A DNA stretch of 43,223 bases from Desulfobacteraceae bacterium 4572_35.2 (lineage in GTDB: Bacteria; Desulfobacterota; Desulfuromonadia; Desulfuromonadales; Desulfuromonadaceae), in NCBI GenBank assembly GCA_002084665.1, contig NBLY01000008.1, positions 1 through 43,223 of the forward strand, written 5' to 3'. Shown in pieces: positions 10,917 to 20,967 of this stretch (position 1 is its first letter; the number at the start of each line of letters is the position of its first letter). A model generated the notes under the pieces. It did no database searches. It saw only the letters and a list, made by a program, of their open reading frames with translations, and had not been told where the DNA came from. A program made the position numbers and the translations under genes.

Positions 10917-12320
10917 TTAACCCTCAACATCCAGATGCCCACTACTAACACATGAGTGATCGGTTAACGCCATCACTGCGGCAGAAAAGATTTCACCACG
11001 CTGCTCAAAGCTGTCAAACATATCGAAACTTGAACAGCCGGGCGACAACAACACCGACCCACCGGTGTCGGTGACATCGTATGCATAGGTCACCGCCTGC
11101 TGCATATTGTCGGCCCGATAGATAGGCGCGATATCTCGCCACGCTTGTTCCATCTTATCGGCAGCTTGACCAATTAATATAAATTGTGTCACCCGACCAC
11201 TGAAACAATCACGCAGTTCACAATAATCGCCGCCCTTATCTTTACCTCCGGCGATTAACGTTACTGGTTGCTGTAACCCTGCAACACTTTTCATAACACT
11301 GCCGGGGTTGGTCCCCTTCGAATCGTTATACCAACGAACTCCATCTAACTCACGAACTAACACCATTCGATGCGGTAAGCCCTTAAACGCACAAGCGGCT
11401 TGCCAGAGCTGTTGCGGGTCAAACCCCTCCAGCAATGGCGCAATCATGGCGGCCATCACGTTTTCGACATTATGTATCCCACGTAAACATAACTCGCAGG
11501 TATTAAATTGCAATGTTGGCCCATACCCCCGCCATTCAATGATACCGTTAGCGTAACTCATCCCTTGGTCAAGTCGTTGCTGCGAGGAAAATAACACTTT
11601 CTGCGCGCGACAGTGCTCCGAAATACGCAACACTTCAGCATCATCACCATTGAGAATCGCCACATCGTCTGCGGTTTGATTGTTGAAAATCGCCCCCTTG
11701 GCAGCGATATAGCTCTCCATGTCAGGATAGCGATCTAAATGATCAAGGGAGATATTAAGCACAGCGGCATAACGAGGCTTAAACTGGTCAACACTTTCGA
11801 GTTGAAACGATGACAGTTCGACCACCGCATAATCAGCGATAGACTGTGGCTGACAAGCGTTGGCACTAATTAACGGTGTACCGAGATTACCGCCAACGAA
11901 CACCTGCTGGCCACAGTGCTGGAGCATCACCCCGAGCAGTTCCGTTGTCGTCGATTTACCATTGGTGCCAGTGATCGCCAGAATAGGGCAACGCAATTGG
12001 CGACTAGCCAACTCAATTTCACCAATGATCTCGACTCCCGCTTGTTGTGCGGCCTGAAGAGCGGCAATCGTTAATGGCACCCCGGGGCTGATGACAATCA
12101 GATCGGCAACAATAAAAGGTTCTTGGCTATGACCGTCCAAATCGAGGGTTAGTTCCGAGCGTAGCGCAGCAAAAGAACCATCATCGGTTGCCAGAATTTG
12201 ATCAATACTGCGACGGTCACTCAGCACCACCTGCGCTCCGCAATCAAGAGCATAACGACACACGGCTAGGCCACTGCGACCAGCACCAACAACGACAATA
12301 TTTTTCCCCTTTAATTCCAT
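10917..12320 (-). CDS. murD: UDP-N-acetylmuramoyl-L-alanine--D-glutamate ligase
   Basis: ITGTNGKSTTT, ELSSFQL, DHLDRY, NDSKGTN, LSPGCSSFD. Confidence 0.98.
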   Translation of the reverse strand: MELKGKNIVVVGAGRSGLAVCRYALDCGAQVVLSDRRSIDQILATDDGSFAALRSELTLDLDGHSQEPFIVADLIVISPGVPLTIAALQAAQQAGVEIIGEIELASRQLRCPILAITGTNGKSTTTELLGVMLQHCGQQVFVGGNLGTPLISANACQPQSIADYAVVELSSFQLESVDQFKPRYAAVLNISLDHLDRYPDMESYIAAKGAIFNNQTADDVAILNGDDAEVLRISEHCRAQKVLFSSQQRLDQGMSYANGIIEWRGYGPTLQFNTCELCLRGIHNVENVMAAMIAPLLEGFDPQQLWQAACAFKGLPHRMVLVRELDGVRWYNDSKGTNPGSVMKSVAGLQQPVTLIAGGKDKGGDYCELRDCFSGRVTQFILIGQAADKMEQAWRDIAPIYRADNMQQAVTYAYDVTDTGGSVLLSPGCSSFDMFDSFEQRGEIFSAAVMALTDHSCVSSGHLDVEG

Positions 12321-12324
12321 ACAA

Positions 12325-13401
12325 CTATCTCAATTTAAGGGTGGATAGAGCCACCAGTGCTAACACAATACTGATGATCCAAAAACGGACAATAATCTTC
12401 GGCTCAGGCCAACCCTTTAACTCAAAATGATGATGGATCGGTGCCATGCGAAACACCCGCCGTCCGAGAAAACGAAATGACAGCACCTGAACGATGACAG
12501 ATAATGCCTCAACGACAAAGATACCGCCAACAATCACCAAAACCAACTCTTGCTTGACAATAATGGCAATGGCTCCCAGCGCCCCGCCAAGCGACAAGCT
12601 ACCAACATCACCCATAAAAACTTGAGCTGGATAGGTATTAAACCACAAGAAGCCTAAGCCAGCGCCAACCATTGCACCGCAAATAATCGCCAACTCGCCA
12701 GCACCCGGAACACCGGTGATTTGTAGATAAGAGGACAGGCGTGCATTTCCAGCAAGGTAGGCAAAGAGTAAATACGCTCCCGAAGCGATAATCATTGGCC
12801 CGATGGCAAGGCCATCCAAGCCATCAGTCAAATTGACAGCATTACCACTGCCAACAATAACCAGTAATATCAGTGGAATATAAAACCAGCCCAACCACGG
12901 ATTGACACCTTTGAAGAATGGTACCGACAATACTGGCTCAAAATTTGTTATTTGAAACAACACTGCTGCCGCAATCAAAGCGATTACAATTTGCCACAAC
13001 ATTTTATAACGCGCTGATAAACCGTCGCTGCTCTTTAGCTTAACTTTTCTATAATCATCAACAAAGCCGATGGCGCCGTAGCCAACGGTCACCAACAGTA
13101 CCACCCAGATATAGCCATTGGTCAGATCGGCCCACATTAATGTCGGCAGCACAATAGCTATCAAAATTAGAGTGCCACCCATGGTCGGTGTTCCCTCTTT
13201 GATAAAATGTGATTCGGGCCCACACTTGCGAATTGTTTGACCAATTTGCAGTGATGACAGCCGCTCAATCACCCATGGTCCAAGTAAAAATGAGATGACC
13301 AGCGCCGTAATGGTCGCGTAGATGGTTCGAAAGGTGATAAATCGAAATACATACAGTGCTGAAAATTCAGTATGAAGTGGATAAAGGAGATGGTACAGCA
13401 T
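12325..13401 (-). CDS. mraY: Phospho-N-acetylmuramoyl-pentapeptide transferase
   Basis: [32 protein letters not shown]. Confidence 0.99.
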   Translation of the reverse strand: MLYHLLYPLHTEFSALYVFRFITFRTIYATITALVISFLLGPWVIERLSSLQIGQTIRKCGPESHFIKEGTPTMGGTLILIAIVLPTLMWADLTNGYIWVVLLVTVGYGAIGFVDDYRKVKLKSSDGLSARYKMLWQIVIALIAAAVLFQITNFEPVLSVPFFKGVNPWLGWFYIPLILLVIVGSGNAVNLTDGLDGLAIGPMIIASGAYLLFAYLAGNARLSSYLQITGVPGAGELAIICGAMVGAGLGFLWFNTYPAQVFMGDVGSLSLGGALGAIAIIVKQELVLVIVGGIFVVEALSVIVQVLSFRFLGRRVFRMAPIHHHFELKGWPEPKIIVRFWIISIVLALVALSTLKLR

Positions 13402-13433
13402 CGAGGCCCCCTAGCGTACTGGTTGAGGTATAT

Positions 13434-14822
13434 TCAACCTAATTTACATTTGCTGTTGTGGGGCAACCAATTCAAGCTGCTCCACTTTGTCATTAAGCTA
13501 CCTTTTATCAACACACAATCTTCGACGGCTAAATTTTTTACAAGCCATGCCACAACCTCATCGTGATTGGTATAAGGCGGTAAAACAATCTCAAGGTTCT
13601 CATCTATGTTTGCCCCCTGAGCCCCCTGCACAATATGATTAGCCCACGCACCCATGGTAATTAAACAGTCCGCACGGCTAGCAACATAGGCACCAAGATC
13701 GCGATGACACTCCGCTGCCACATCACCAAGTTCAAGCATATCTGACAACACCGCAATTTTTCGCCCTAAACAGGGCCAATCTCCCAGTGCTTTAAGTGCG
13801 GCCTTCATCGACTGCGGATTAGCATTGTAGCTATCATCTAACAACGTCACGCCTGATTCTAGCTCACGCACTTCTAAGCGCGCCGCAGCCATTTTAACAA
13901 CGGATAAGCCAGCAACAATATGTGTTAGCGCAACACCGGCGCTGTGTGCAGCAGCCGCAGCAGCTAACGCATTTGACACTTGATGTTGCCCAGGAAGAGG
14001 TAGAGTCACCACATGCTGTTCACCATCAAGATGCAAAGTGAAATGTGTTTCACGACCACAGTTGAGATCTGAAGCCCATACATCGGCCTCATTCTCAATA
14101 GCAAAACTGACTCGCTTAACTCCAGCTGGCAGTGGCAATGCAACCACCAAAGGATCATCATTATTAACAATGGCAATCGAACCAAACTTTAAACTTTCGA
14201 ACAGTTCCCCTTTTGCTTGAGCAACGCCAGCAATATCACCAACGCCAGCAAGATGACCAGCACCGACATTAGTGATCAACGCCACCGTTGGTTGGGCAAT
14301 CTGAGCGAGGCGAGAAATTTCACCGCTCTGACTCATACCAAGCTCTAACACCATCCACCGATGTTCTTCACTTAAGTGTGACAGGGTTAACGGCAGGCCA
14401 ATTAAATTATTGAAATTACCTTCAGTTTTCAGCCCCTGATCCTGTTGAGCTAAAATTGATGCCAACATCTCCTTGGTCGATGTTTTACCTGTTGTTCCAG
14501 TTATAGCAAACACTGGCCCAACAAAGTTTTGACGTAAATAGCCCGCAAGCTCGCCCAAACATTTTAGTGCATCATCAACCTGAATAACAGGCACAGGCAA
14601 ACCACCAACGACCTCTTCGCTTAAACAGGCCGCAGCACCATGCTCGACAGCATGGCGTAGATAGTCGTGACCATCATAGTTTGGCCCATGCAACGGTACA
14701 AACAGGTCACCGGGTTGCAAAGACCGACTGTCAGTCGATACTCCCGTTACCGTAGCACCTACTGTTGCTGGCAGCAGACTGCCGCCGACAATTTGCGCGA
14801 TCTCTTCAGTGGTAAACTTCAT
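13434..14822 (-). CDS. murF: UDP-N-acetylmuramoyl-tripeptide--D-alanyl-D-alanine ligase (C-terminus aberrant)
   Basis: TDSR, ITGTTGKTSTKE, NFNNLIGLP, DSYNANP, MLELG; the conserved KGSRG end breaks off after KGS (nt ~13496). Confidence 0.95.
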   Translation of the reverse strand: MKFTTEEIAQIVGGSLLPATVGATVTGVSTDSRSLQPGDLFVPLHGPNYDGHDYLRHAVEHGAAACLSEEVVGGLPVPVIQVDDALKCLGELAGYLRQNFVGPVFAITGTTGKTSTKEMLASILAQQDQGLKTEGNFNNLIGLPLTLSHLSEEHRWMVLELGMSQSGEISRLAQIAQPTVALITNVGAGHLAGVGDIAGVAQAKGELFESLKFGSIAIVNNDDPLVVALPLPAGVKRVSFAIENEADVWASDLNCGRETHFTLHLDGEQHVVTLPLPGQHQVSNALAAAAAAHSAGVALTHIVAGLSVVKMAAARLEVRELESGVTLLDDSYNANPQSMKAALKALGDWPCLGRKIAVLSDMLELGDVAAECHRDLGAYVASRADCLITMGAWANHIVQGAQGANIDENLEIVLPPYTNHDEVVAWLVKNLAVEDCVLIKGSLMTKWSSLNWLPHNSKCKLG

Positions 14823-14829
14823 TATAATT

Positions 14830-16371
14830 TTAATTCCCTGATTGATCACATGATTGTCGAGCTGCGAGAGCGATCTTTACCTGTTCACGGTCATCAAAAT
14901 GGATCTTATCAGTTCCAAAAATCTGATAATCTTCATGACCCTTACCTGCAATCAACAGCAGATCACCGGCTTGCAATAAAGCGATAGCTATTTCAATGGC
15001 CTGGGCACGATTTTCAATAACACAGTATTGTGCAATATTGAACACTGGCGGCTGCGCCAGTAACGACTCCATATCGCCCTGATCATAACGCAAACAACAC
15101 TCATCGAAACCACGACACACATCAGCTAAAATAGTTTGCGGATCTTCTGTGCGCGGATTATCGGAAGTAACAATACTCAACGTCGAATAACGCGCCGCAA
15201 CAGATGCCATAACAGGACGTTTTGCGCTATCGCGATCACCACCACAGCCAAACACCGTGAAAATCCGTTGCGGTTTAAGCGCATTTACCGCCTGCAAAGC
15301 CTTCTCCAATGCATCACCGGTATGGGCATAGTCAACAAGAATCAACGCTTTCAATTCGTTATCTACCCGTTCCAAGCGTCCCGGAGCCGTGTGGGCACGA
15401 ATCAAGCCTTGCTCAATGGTGTTAACTGGCAATTCTAATGCCACACCAACGCCAACAGCACAGGCGAGGTTTTCCATATTAAATCGACCAATTAATGCCG
15501 AATGGAGTTGAACATCGCCATAGGGGGTATGAAGCTGTGCTTCAATACCAGCCAAGGACTGACTAAACTTATCCACCCTTACTGCGGCATAGTTTTGCAA
15601 ACCAACACTGATCGCTCCATCAACCAAGGTCAATAACTTGGCACCATACGGATCATCGGCATTCACGACGGCACGGCTATTGCCCGCGACAGAGGGATCG
15701 GTAAACATCAACGATTTTGCGGCAAAATAACTATCCATCGTCTTATGATAATCAAGATGCTCTGGTGTCAGGTTGGTAAATACCGTTGCCTTAAACTCCA
15801 ACCCGCACACGCGCGACTGCTTCAACGCATGCGATGAGACCTCGATCACTAACGCATCGGCACCACGCTGACGAAAATCAGCAAGCATGCGCTGTAAATC
15901 CAACGACTCAGGAGTAGTGTGGCACGCTTCGATATCATAACGGCCAAAGCGATTACTTATGGTACCAACTACAGCTGGTTTATAACCCGCCTGAACTAGC
16001 AACGATTCAACCAGATAGGTCATGGTAGTTTTACCATTGGTACCAGTGATACCAACGGTCATTAGTTCACGCGCTGGATAACCATAAAACGCAGCAGCCA
16101 TCTTCGCCATACTGTGCCGTGCATCAGCAACAACAATTAACTGTACCGACTCAGGCAGCGGAACCTCGCGCTGTGCAACAACGGCCACCGCACCATTCTG
16201 AATAGCCGCGTCAATATAGTCATGACCATCCACCACATCACCGGGTAGGGCGAAGAACAGCCCCCCTTGACGTACACAACGCGAATCATAATACAGTGCG
16301 GCAATCTCCTGCACCGTATCATGCAAATCGTTCAAACAGCAGACATCGACTATTATTTGGTGGAGTTTCAT
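14830..16371 (-). CDS. murE: UDP-N-acetylmuramoyl-dipeptide--meso-DAP ligase
   Basis: GITGTNGKTT, EVSSH, DYAHT, CGGDRD, DNPR (DAP-type), GKGHE; start set at ATG 16371. Confidence 0.98.
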   Translation of the reverse strand: MKLHQIIVDVCCLNDLHDTVQEIAALYYDSRCVRQGGLFFALPGDVVDGHDYIDAAIQNGAVAVVAQREVPLPESVQLIVVADARHSMAKMAAAFYGYPARELMTVGITGTNGKTTMTYLVESLLVQAGYKPAVVGTISNRFGRYDIEACHTTPESLDLQRMLADFRQRGADALVIEVSSHALKQSRVCGLEFKATVFTNLTPEHLDYHKTMDSYFAAKSLMFTDPSVAGNSRAVVNADDPYGAKLLTLVDGAISVGLQNYAAVRVDKFSQSLAGIEAQLHTPYGDVQLHSALIGRFNMENLACAVGVGVALELPVNTIEQGLIRAHTAPGRLERVDNELKALILVDYAHTGDALEKALQAVNALKPQRIFTVFGCGGDRDSAKRPVMASVAARYSTLSIVTSDNPRTEDPQTILADVCRGFDECCLRYDQGDMESLLAQPPVFNIAQYCVIENRAQAIEIAIALLQAGDLLLIAGKGHEDYQIFGTDKIHFDDREQVKIALAARQSCDQSGN

Positions 16372-16381
16372 AACCCTCGCC

Positions 16382-18505
16382 TTAATTCGGTGGTTGTAAT
16401 TGCACCCATACGGCACTATCGATGTTAACACTCTCCCCTGCTAAAGGGTATTGATCGACCACTCGGCCAACCCCTTTGATCATGATATTCAAGCCACTTT
16501 TCGCCATTAAACGCAGCATTTGGCGTGAACTTAAGCCCTTACAGTCTGGCATCACCTCGGTGCCTGGATCAACGGTAACCGAACTCAATGCGGGGATATC
16601 TGCTCTTATCGGCATATCAGTGTCAATTACCATGGTTTTTCTGTGTAGTGCTGGCACATGAAGGTAGCGTAACCCTTGTTCAGCGATACGTGAAAAAACA
16701 GGTGCTGCCAACAATCCACCATAAGTCTGTTGTACCTTTGGTTCATCTAACACCACAAGAATCACCATCTTTGGCGCTTCAGCTGGAGCAAAGCCAATAA
16801 ATGATGACACTCGCTTGTCCACCGAGTAGGTGCGCGTCACTGGATCAACTTTTTGTGCCGTTCCCGTCTTACCGCCGACCTCGAATCCAGCAACGCGCGC
16901 GCGTGACCCGGTGCCATCGACATCGGTTACCGTAACCATCATCTGCTTAAGTTCATGAGCAATATCACGACCGATCACTCGACGAACCAATTGTGGCGTT
17001 TGCTCGTCAGTAACACCATTCACTGGGTTGGTAATTTTTTTAACCAAATAAGGCCGATACAACTCACCACCGTTAACAATGGCACTTGCTGCAGCAGCCA
17101 ACTGCAACGAGGTGACAGACAGTCCTTGGCCAAACGAGATCGCTGCCAAATCTATCTCAAACCATTTATGAGGTTGACGTAGCAACCCTCTCCCCTCACC
17201 ATCGAAATCAACTTCTGTTTTTTGGGCAAAACCAAACTGAGTAAGATAGGAGTAAAACGTCTCTTTGCCAAGTTTTTGTGCGATCTTGGCGCAGCCAATA
17301 TTTGAACTATACTTGAGAACATCACTAATATTCAGCCGTCCCAACTCCGCATGGTCGTGAATAACTTTGCCACCAATACGATACGATCCGCGGCCGCAAT
17401 CAATGACATCATCAACCTTGATCACATTCGCATCAAGGGCAGCCGCAAGTAAAAACAGCTTAAACGTTGAGCCCGGCTCATAGGTATCACACACAACACG
17501 ATTCCGCCGCTCAGCCGCAGAAAATGATCCGAAAGCGTTGGGATCATAATCGGGGAAACTGGCCATCGCCAACACTTGACCACTAAACGGATCGAGAACA
17601 ACAACGCTACCACTTTTAGAATTTGAATCGCGTACCGCAACGGCCAGCTCCTTTTCAACGATATATTGAAGCTGTTTATCAATGGTAAGGGTTACATCTT
17701 TACCTAGTTGCCCTTTAATCACCTGACGACCACTACCGATACTACGCGAACCACCGTCACGTTGCATGATCAGATAACTAACATCGCCAGCTAAGACCCC
17801 GTTATACCGCCGTTCGATCCCTTCTAAACCGTCATTGTCAGTACCAGAGAATCCAATAATTTGCCCAGCAACACGTCCATTAGGATACCAGCGTTCGTGT
17901 TCAGGAATAAAATGAACCCCAGGCAACGCTTGAGCTTTCAACATTCGACTCTCGCCGTCGGTAATTCTTCTCTTCAGCCAGATAAATTTTTTATCTTTTT
18001 GCAGCTTGGCCAACACTACGGGGTATTTTAAACTTAGCCCCTTCGAGAGTGCTGTGGCAACAGACTCAACACTATGGACAATTATTTCGGATTCTTTTGA
18101 GGATGACTCAGAATTTTTCTTGGCCGCATCACGTTTGGCCTCAACCTCAGCCTCCGCAATTAGATCTCTTAATTCAGTAGGATTGATATAAACGGAATCC
18201 GCGACCAGACTCACCGCCAACGCCTCGCCGTTTCGATCAAAAATCGCCCCTCGTTGAGGGGTCAGAGTAATTTTCTTTTTATGCTGCCGTGCGGCAAGTG
18301 ATTGCCATTTTGACGCACTGTAGACCTGAAGGTAGTAAACCCGGCTCACTAAAGCAATGTAAGCCAAGACAAAACAAATCCCTATCAGCAAAATACGCAC
18401 ACGGACTCCGTGCACTTTCTGTTTTGGATTCGGCAGTTTTCGCGCTGAGGCTTTATCAGATAGAGAGTGTTTCCGTGGTTTCAATGACATCATCCCTCTG
18501 ATCAA
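16382..18505 (-). CDS. ftsI: Class B penicillin-binding protein FtsI with C-terminal PASTA-like domain
   Basis: RGAIFDRNG, STFK (SxxK), SSN (SxN), KTGT; exact start uncertain (18505/18493/18490). Confidence 0.97.
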   Translation of the reverse strand: MIRGMMSLKPRKHSLSDKASARKLPNPKQKVHGVRVRILLIGICFVLAYIALVSRVYYLQVYSASKWQSLAARQHKKKITLTPQRGAIFDRNGEALAVSLVADSVYINPTELRDLIAEAEVEAKRDAAKKNSESSSKESEIIVHSVESVATALSKGLSLKYPVVLAKLQKDKKFIWLKRRITDGESRMLKAQALPGVHFIPEHERWYPNGRVAGQIIGFSGTDNDGLEGIERRYNGVLAGDVSYLIMQRDGGSRSIGSGRQVIKGQLGKDVTLTIDKQLQYIVEKELAVAVRDSNSKSGSVVVLDPFSGQVLAMASFPDYDPNAFGSFSAAERRNRVVCDTYEPGSTFKLFLLAAALDANVIKVDDVIDCGRGSYRIGGKVIHDHAELGRLNISDVLKYSSNIGCAKIAQKLGKETFYSYLTQFGFAQKTEVDFDGEGRGLLRQPHKWFEIDLAAISFGQGLSVTSLQLAAAASAIVNGGELYRPYLVKKITNPVNGVTDEQTPQLVRRVIGRDIAHELKQMMVTVTDVDGTGSRARVAGFEVGGKTGTAQKVDPVTRTYSVDKRVSSFIGFAPAEAPKMVILVVLDEPKVQQTYGGLLAAPVFSRIAEQGLRYLHVPALHRKTMVIDTDMPIRADIPALSSVTVDPGTEVMPDCKGLSSRQMLRLMAKSGLNIMIKGVGRVVDQYPLAGESVNIDSAVWVQLQPPN

Positions 18506-18749
18506 GTCGCGCTGCTGGGCTATTTTTCACAGAAGTTTCAACCTCTAACGCTTGCCCCTGCACCTGTAGATAGAGAGGGTCCTGTGGAGCGATGGATGCT
18601 TTGTATAAAAAAGCGCCAGCCATCAATAGCACAGATACCATGGCCAAAGCACTCAACCGCAACTTGCGGCGACGTAACTGACGGTTTACCCACAGCTCGT
18701 TCATCTCTGACCATAAATCCTGTTTTTCAGCATAATCTCGGTTTACCAT
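18456..18749 (-). CDS. Hypothetical small single-pass membrane protein between ftsL and ftsI
   Basis: 97 aa; AAGGGGG RBS upstream; RRRKLR followed by a hydrophobic stretch; overlaps the ftsI 5' end. Confidence 0.6.
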   Translation of the reverse strand: MVNRDYAEKQDLWSEMNELWVNRQLRRRKLRLSALAMVSVLLMAGAFLYKASIAPQDPLYLQVQGQALEVETSVKNSPAARLDQRDDVIETTETLSI

Positions 18750-18812
18750 AATGCGCCCCCTTACTTCCTGTTACTTCTTACCTGTGTTGTGACCACCCAA
18801 GTCATTCAAGCT

Positions 18813-19118
18813 CTAGCGAACTGTAATTACCTGTTCCGCTCGTGGAGCTCTCAAACCTAATCGTGTTATGGCAACTTTTTCGATATAGCGCGGGTTCGTC
18901 AACTGCGCAATCGACACGGTTAAGCTCTTTTGATCATACTCTGCTTGTCTAATCTTTTTTTCCAGCCGCGACACATCGTACTCACATTGAGTCACTTCAA
19001 TACGAACCCACACATGAAACAGCCCAATCACTAACAACAGCACAATGGCAGCAAGGACCGATGTCACCTTCACACTTACAATGCTTAGCCCTCCAGAGGG
19101 CCAGGTATTTTCCATCAT
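18813..19118 (-). CDS. ftsL: Cell division protein FtsL
   Basis: TM plus coiled coil and LTNPRYIEKVAITRLGL motif; directly after rsmH. Confidence 0.9.
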   Translation of the reverse strand: MMENTWPSGGLSIVSVKVTSVLAAIVLLLVIGLFHVWVRIEVTQCEYDVSRLEKKIRQAEYDQKSLTVSIAQLTNPRYIEKVAITRLGLRAPRAEQVITVR

Positions 19119-19138
19119 ATAAATTATCCCTCTTGCGT

Positions 19139-20086
19139 CTAAACCAGCCGTTTAACTGCCCGCAAAATGGCACTACGTGAACGAGGATTTCCATCCACCT
19201 CTTCTGGTGTAGCGCGGACACCTCGTCGGGTTAATACTTCAACATCAGCGACCAGACCACAGGCGCACATTGGCAGCCGTGGTGGGCAGGTACAAGGATT
19301 TGCGCGATGTTTAAAAATATTTTTCACAATTCGATCTTCAAGCGAGTGAAAACTGATGACGGCCAAAATACCACCGGGCTTAAGAAGTTCAATTCCCTGT
19401 TCAACCCCTTTTGCCACATGCTCCAACTCATCATTAACGCGAATCCTTAGTGCCTGAAACACGCGTGTTGCCGGATGTAGACGACCAGGAATCATACCAC
19501 CGGGAACCGTTTCTTGAATCAATGTTGCTAACTGCAATGTTGTTTCAATGGGTTCAGTCTCACGCACACGCTCAATTTTTCGTGCAATACGTTTAGACCA
19601 GCGCTCTTCACCATATTTTTTAAAGATCAGCGTCAGCTCTTCAACACTCTCCTCATTGACCACTTCAGCGGCGGTGATGCCCGATTGACGATTCATACGC
19701 ATATCAAGCGGCGCGTCAAAGCGGAAAGAGAAACCACGCTCAACTTCATCTAACTGATAGGATGACACGCCTAAATCGAGCAACATGCCATCTAAACCAT
19801 CAACACCAAGTTCCTCTAATACCTGACCAGCGTCAGAGAAATTAGCATGGCGCAAAATAGCGCGGTCACCATAGGGGGCCAACACTTCAGCCGCTTTCTT
19901 CAAGGCATCCTGATCACGATCTAAACCGATCAGCACCCCATCAGGGGCCGACGCTTGAAGGATTAGGCTTGAATGTCCACCTGCGCCAAGCGTTCCATCG
20001 AGAACAGTTGCGCCGGGTTGCACATCAAGTAAAGCCAAGACCTCGTTAGGCAGCACCGATAGGTGTTTGAAATTTGCAGTATCCAT
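19139..20086 (-). CDS. rsmH: 16S rRNA m4C1402 methyltransferase RsmH (MraW)
   Basis: DGTLGAGGHS, DLGVSS, PLDMRM, FHSLEDR, NPRSRSA. Confidence 0.99.
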   Translation of the reverse strand: MDTANFKHLSVLPNEVLALLDVQPGATVLDGTLGAGGHSSLILQASAPDGVLIGLDRDQDALKKAAEVLAPYGDRAILRHANFSDAGQVLEELGVDGLDGMLLDLGVSSYQLDEVERGFSFRFDAPLDMRMNRQSGITAAEVVNEESVEELTLIFKKYGEERWSKRIARKIERVRETEPIETTLQLATLIQETVPGGMIPGRLHPATRVFQALRIRVNDELEHVAKGVEQGIELLKPGGILAVISFHSLEDRIVKNIFKHRANPCTCPPRLPMCACGLVADVEVLTRRGVRATPEEVDGNPRSRSAILRAVKRLV

Positions 20087-20087
20087 C

Positions 20088-20531
20088 TTAGAAGCCTAAG
20101 TTTCCGAGTTCAGCCTTCATAGTCTCAAGCTGCTGCTCTGCTGCTTCTAGCTGCTCATCGAACAAAATCTGACTCCACATTTCGATTTTCCCCGCCATCG
20201 CCACAATCACGATCTCTTTGTCAAATTTTGCAATAATCCGCAATGAAGCGGGAATGGCAATACGCCCCTGACGATCGAATGAACACTCCACCGCAGGACT
20301 AATACGACTACGGTAGATCAAATCTTTTTCGTTACCGTTTGGCATCGCATCAACACGAGCCTTGGTTTTTTCCCACTCAGAAGCAGGGTAAGCCACCAAA
20401 GCATCTTTACGTCGGGTGACCACCAATAGCTCATCACCATAGGTATCCGCAAGCAAGCTGCGTAACTTCGCAGGGATGCTCAAGCGTCCTTTTGGATCGA
20501 TGCTATTGATGAATGTTCCAGAAAAACCCAT
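20088..20531 (-). CDS. mraZ: Division/cell wall cluster repressor MraZ
   Basis: Two DxxGR motifs (DPKGR, DRQGR); first gene of dcw. Confidence 0.96.
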   Translation of the reverse strand: MGFSGTFINSIDPKGRLSIPAKLRSLLADTYGDELLVVTRRKDALVAYPASEWEKTKARVDAMPNGNEKDLIYRSRISPAVECSFDRQGRIAIPASLRIIAKFDKEIVIVAMAGKIEMWSQILFDEQLEAAEQQLETMKAELGNLGF

Positions 20532-20559
20532 TTGGCCTCAACTGCTGTGGATATGTGCT

Positions 20560-20618
20560 TATTTAACACTTAAATACACGTATTGGGAAATATAACCTCA
20601 GCACAACATTTATGTCAA
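20560..20618 (-). promoter_or_regulatory. Sigma70 promoter of the dcw operon with possible degenerate MraZ boxes
   Basis: TTGACA (20618-20613) N18 TATATT (20594-20589); downstream GTGT-N6-GTGT with 10-bp spacing resembles MraZ-binding repeats. Confidence 0.6.
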
Positions 20619-20749
20619 GAGCTTCCCCCCTTTTTGGCATCAAGACAAAGCAACCCACCACAACAGAAAAAAGCCAATACTTACAAGGAGTTAAGTCAAA
20701 ATAAAACCAGAAAAACTCCTGTGCTTTTCATTAACGGATAAAAAAAACG

Positions 20750-20779
20750 AAAAAAAGCCGCACTCAATAAAGTACGGCT
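20750..20779 (-). terminator. Intrinsic terminator on the minus strand upstream of the mraZ promoter
   Basis: AGCCGTACT-TTATTG-AGTGCGGCT then a T run; the stem closes with a G-U pair only on the minus strand. Confidence 0.65.
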
Positions 20780-20967
20780 CCATATTCGTGGGAACAATCT
20801 CCACAATCCGTCAAACGAGCTTTCGGCTCTTTTTTTTCAGCGTCAGTTCTATTGATAAAAAAACGCGCTATGATTTATAGATTCATTTATAGCGATGCGG
20901 AGACAGTTTTTCTTACTTGAATCAGTGACTTCTGGGGTAAATCAAATAATACGAAAGTGAGGCACAC

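Noticed and set aside
20532-20960. Possible RNase P RNA, SRP RNA, 6S RNA or c-di-GMP riboswitch upstream of mraZ
   Set aside because: No recognisable signature sequences (e.g. GAGGAAAGTCC of rnpB) seen by eye on either strand; an Rfam scan would be decisive.
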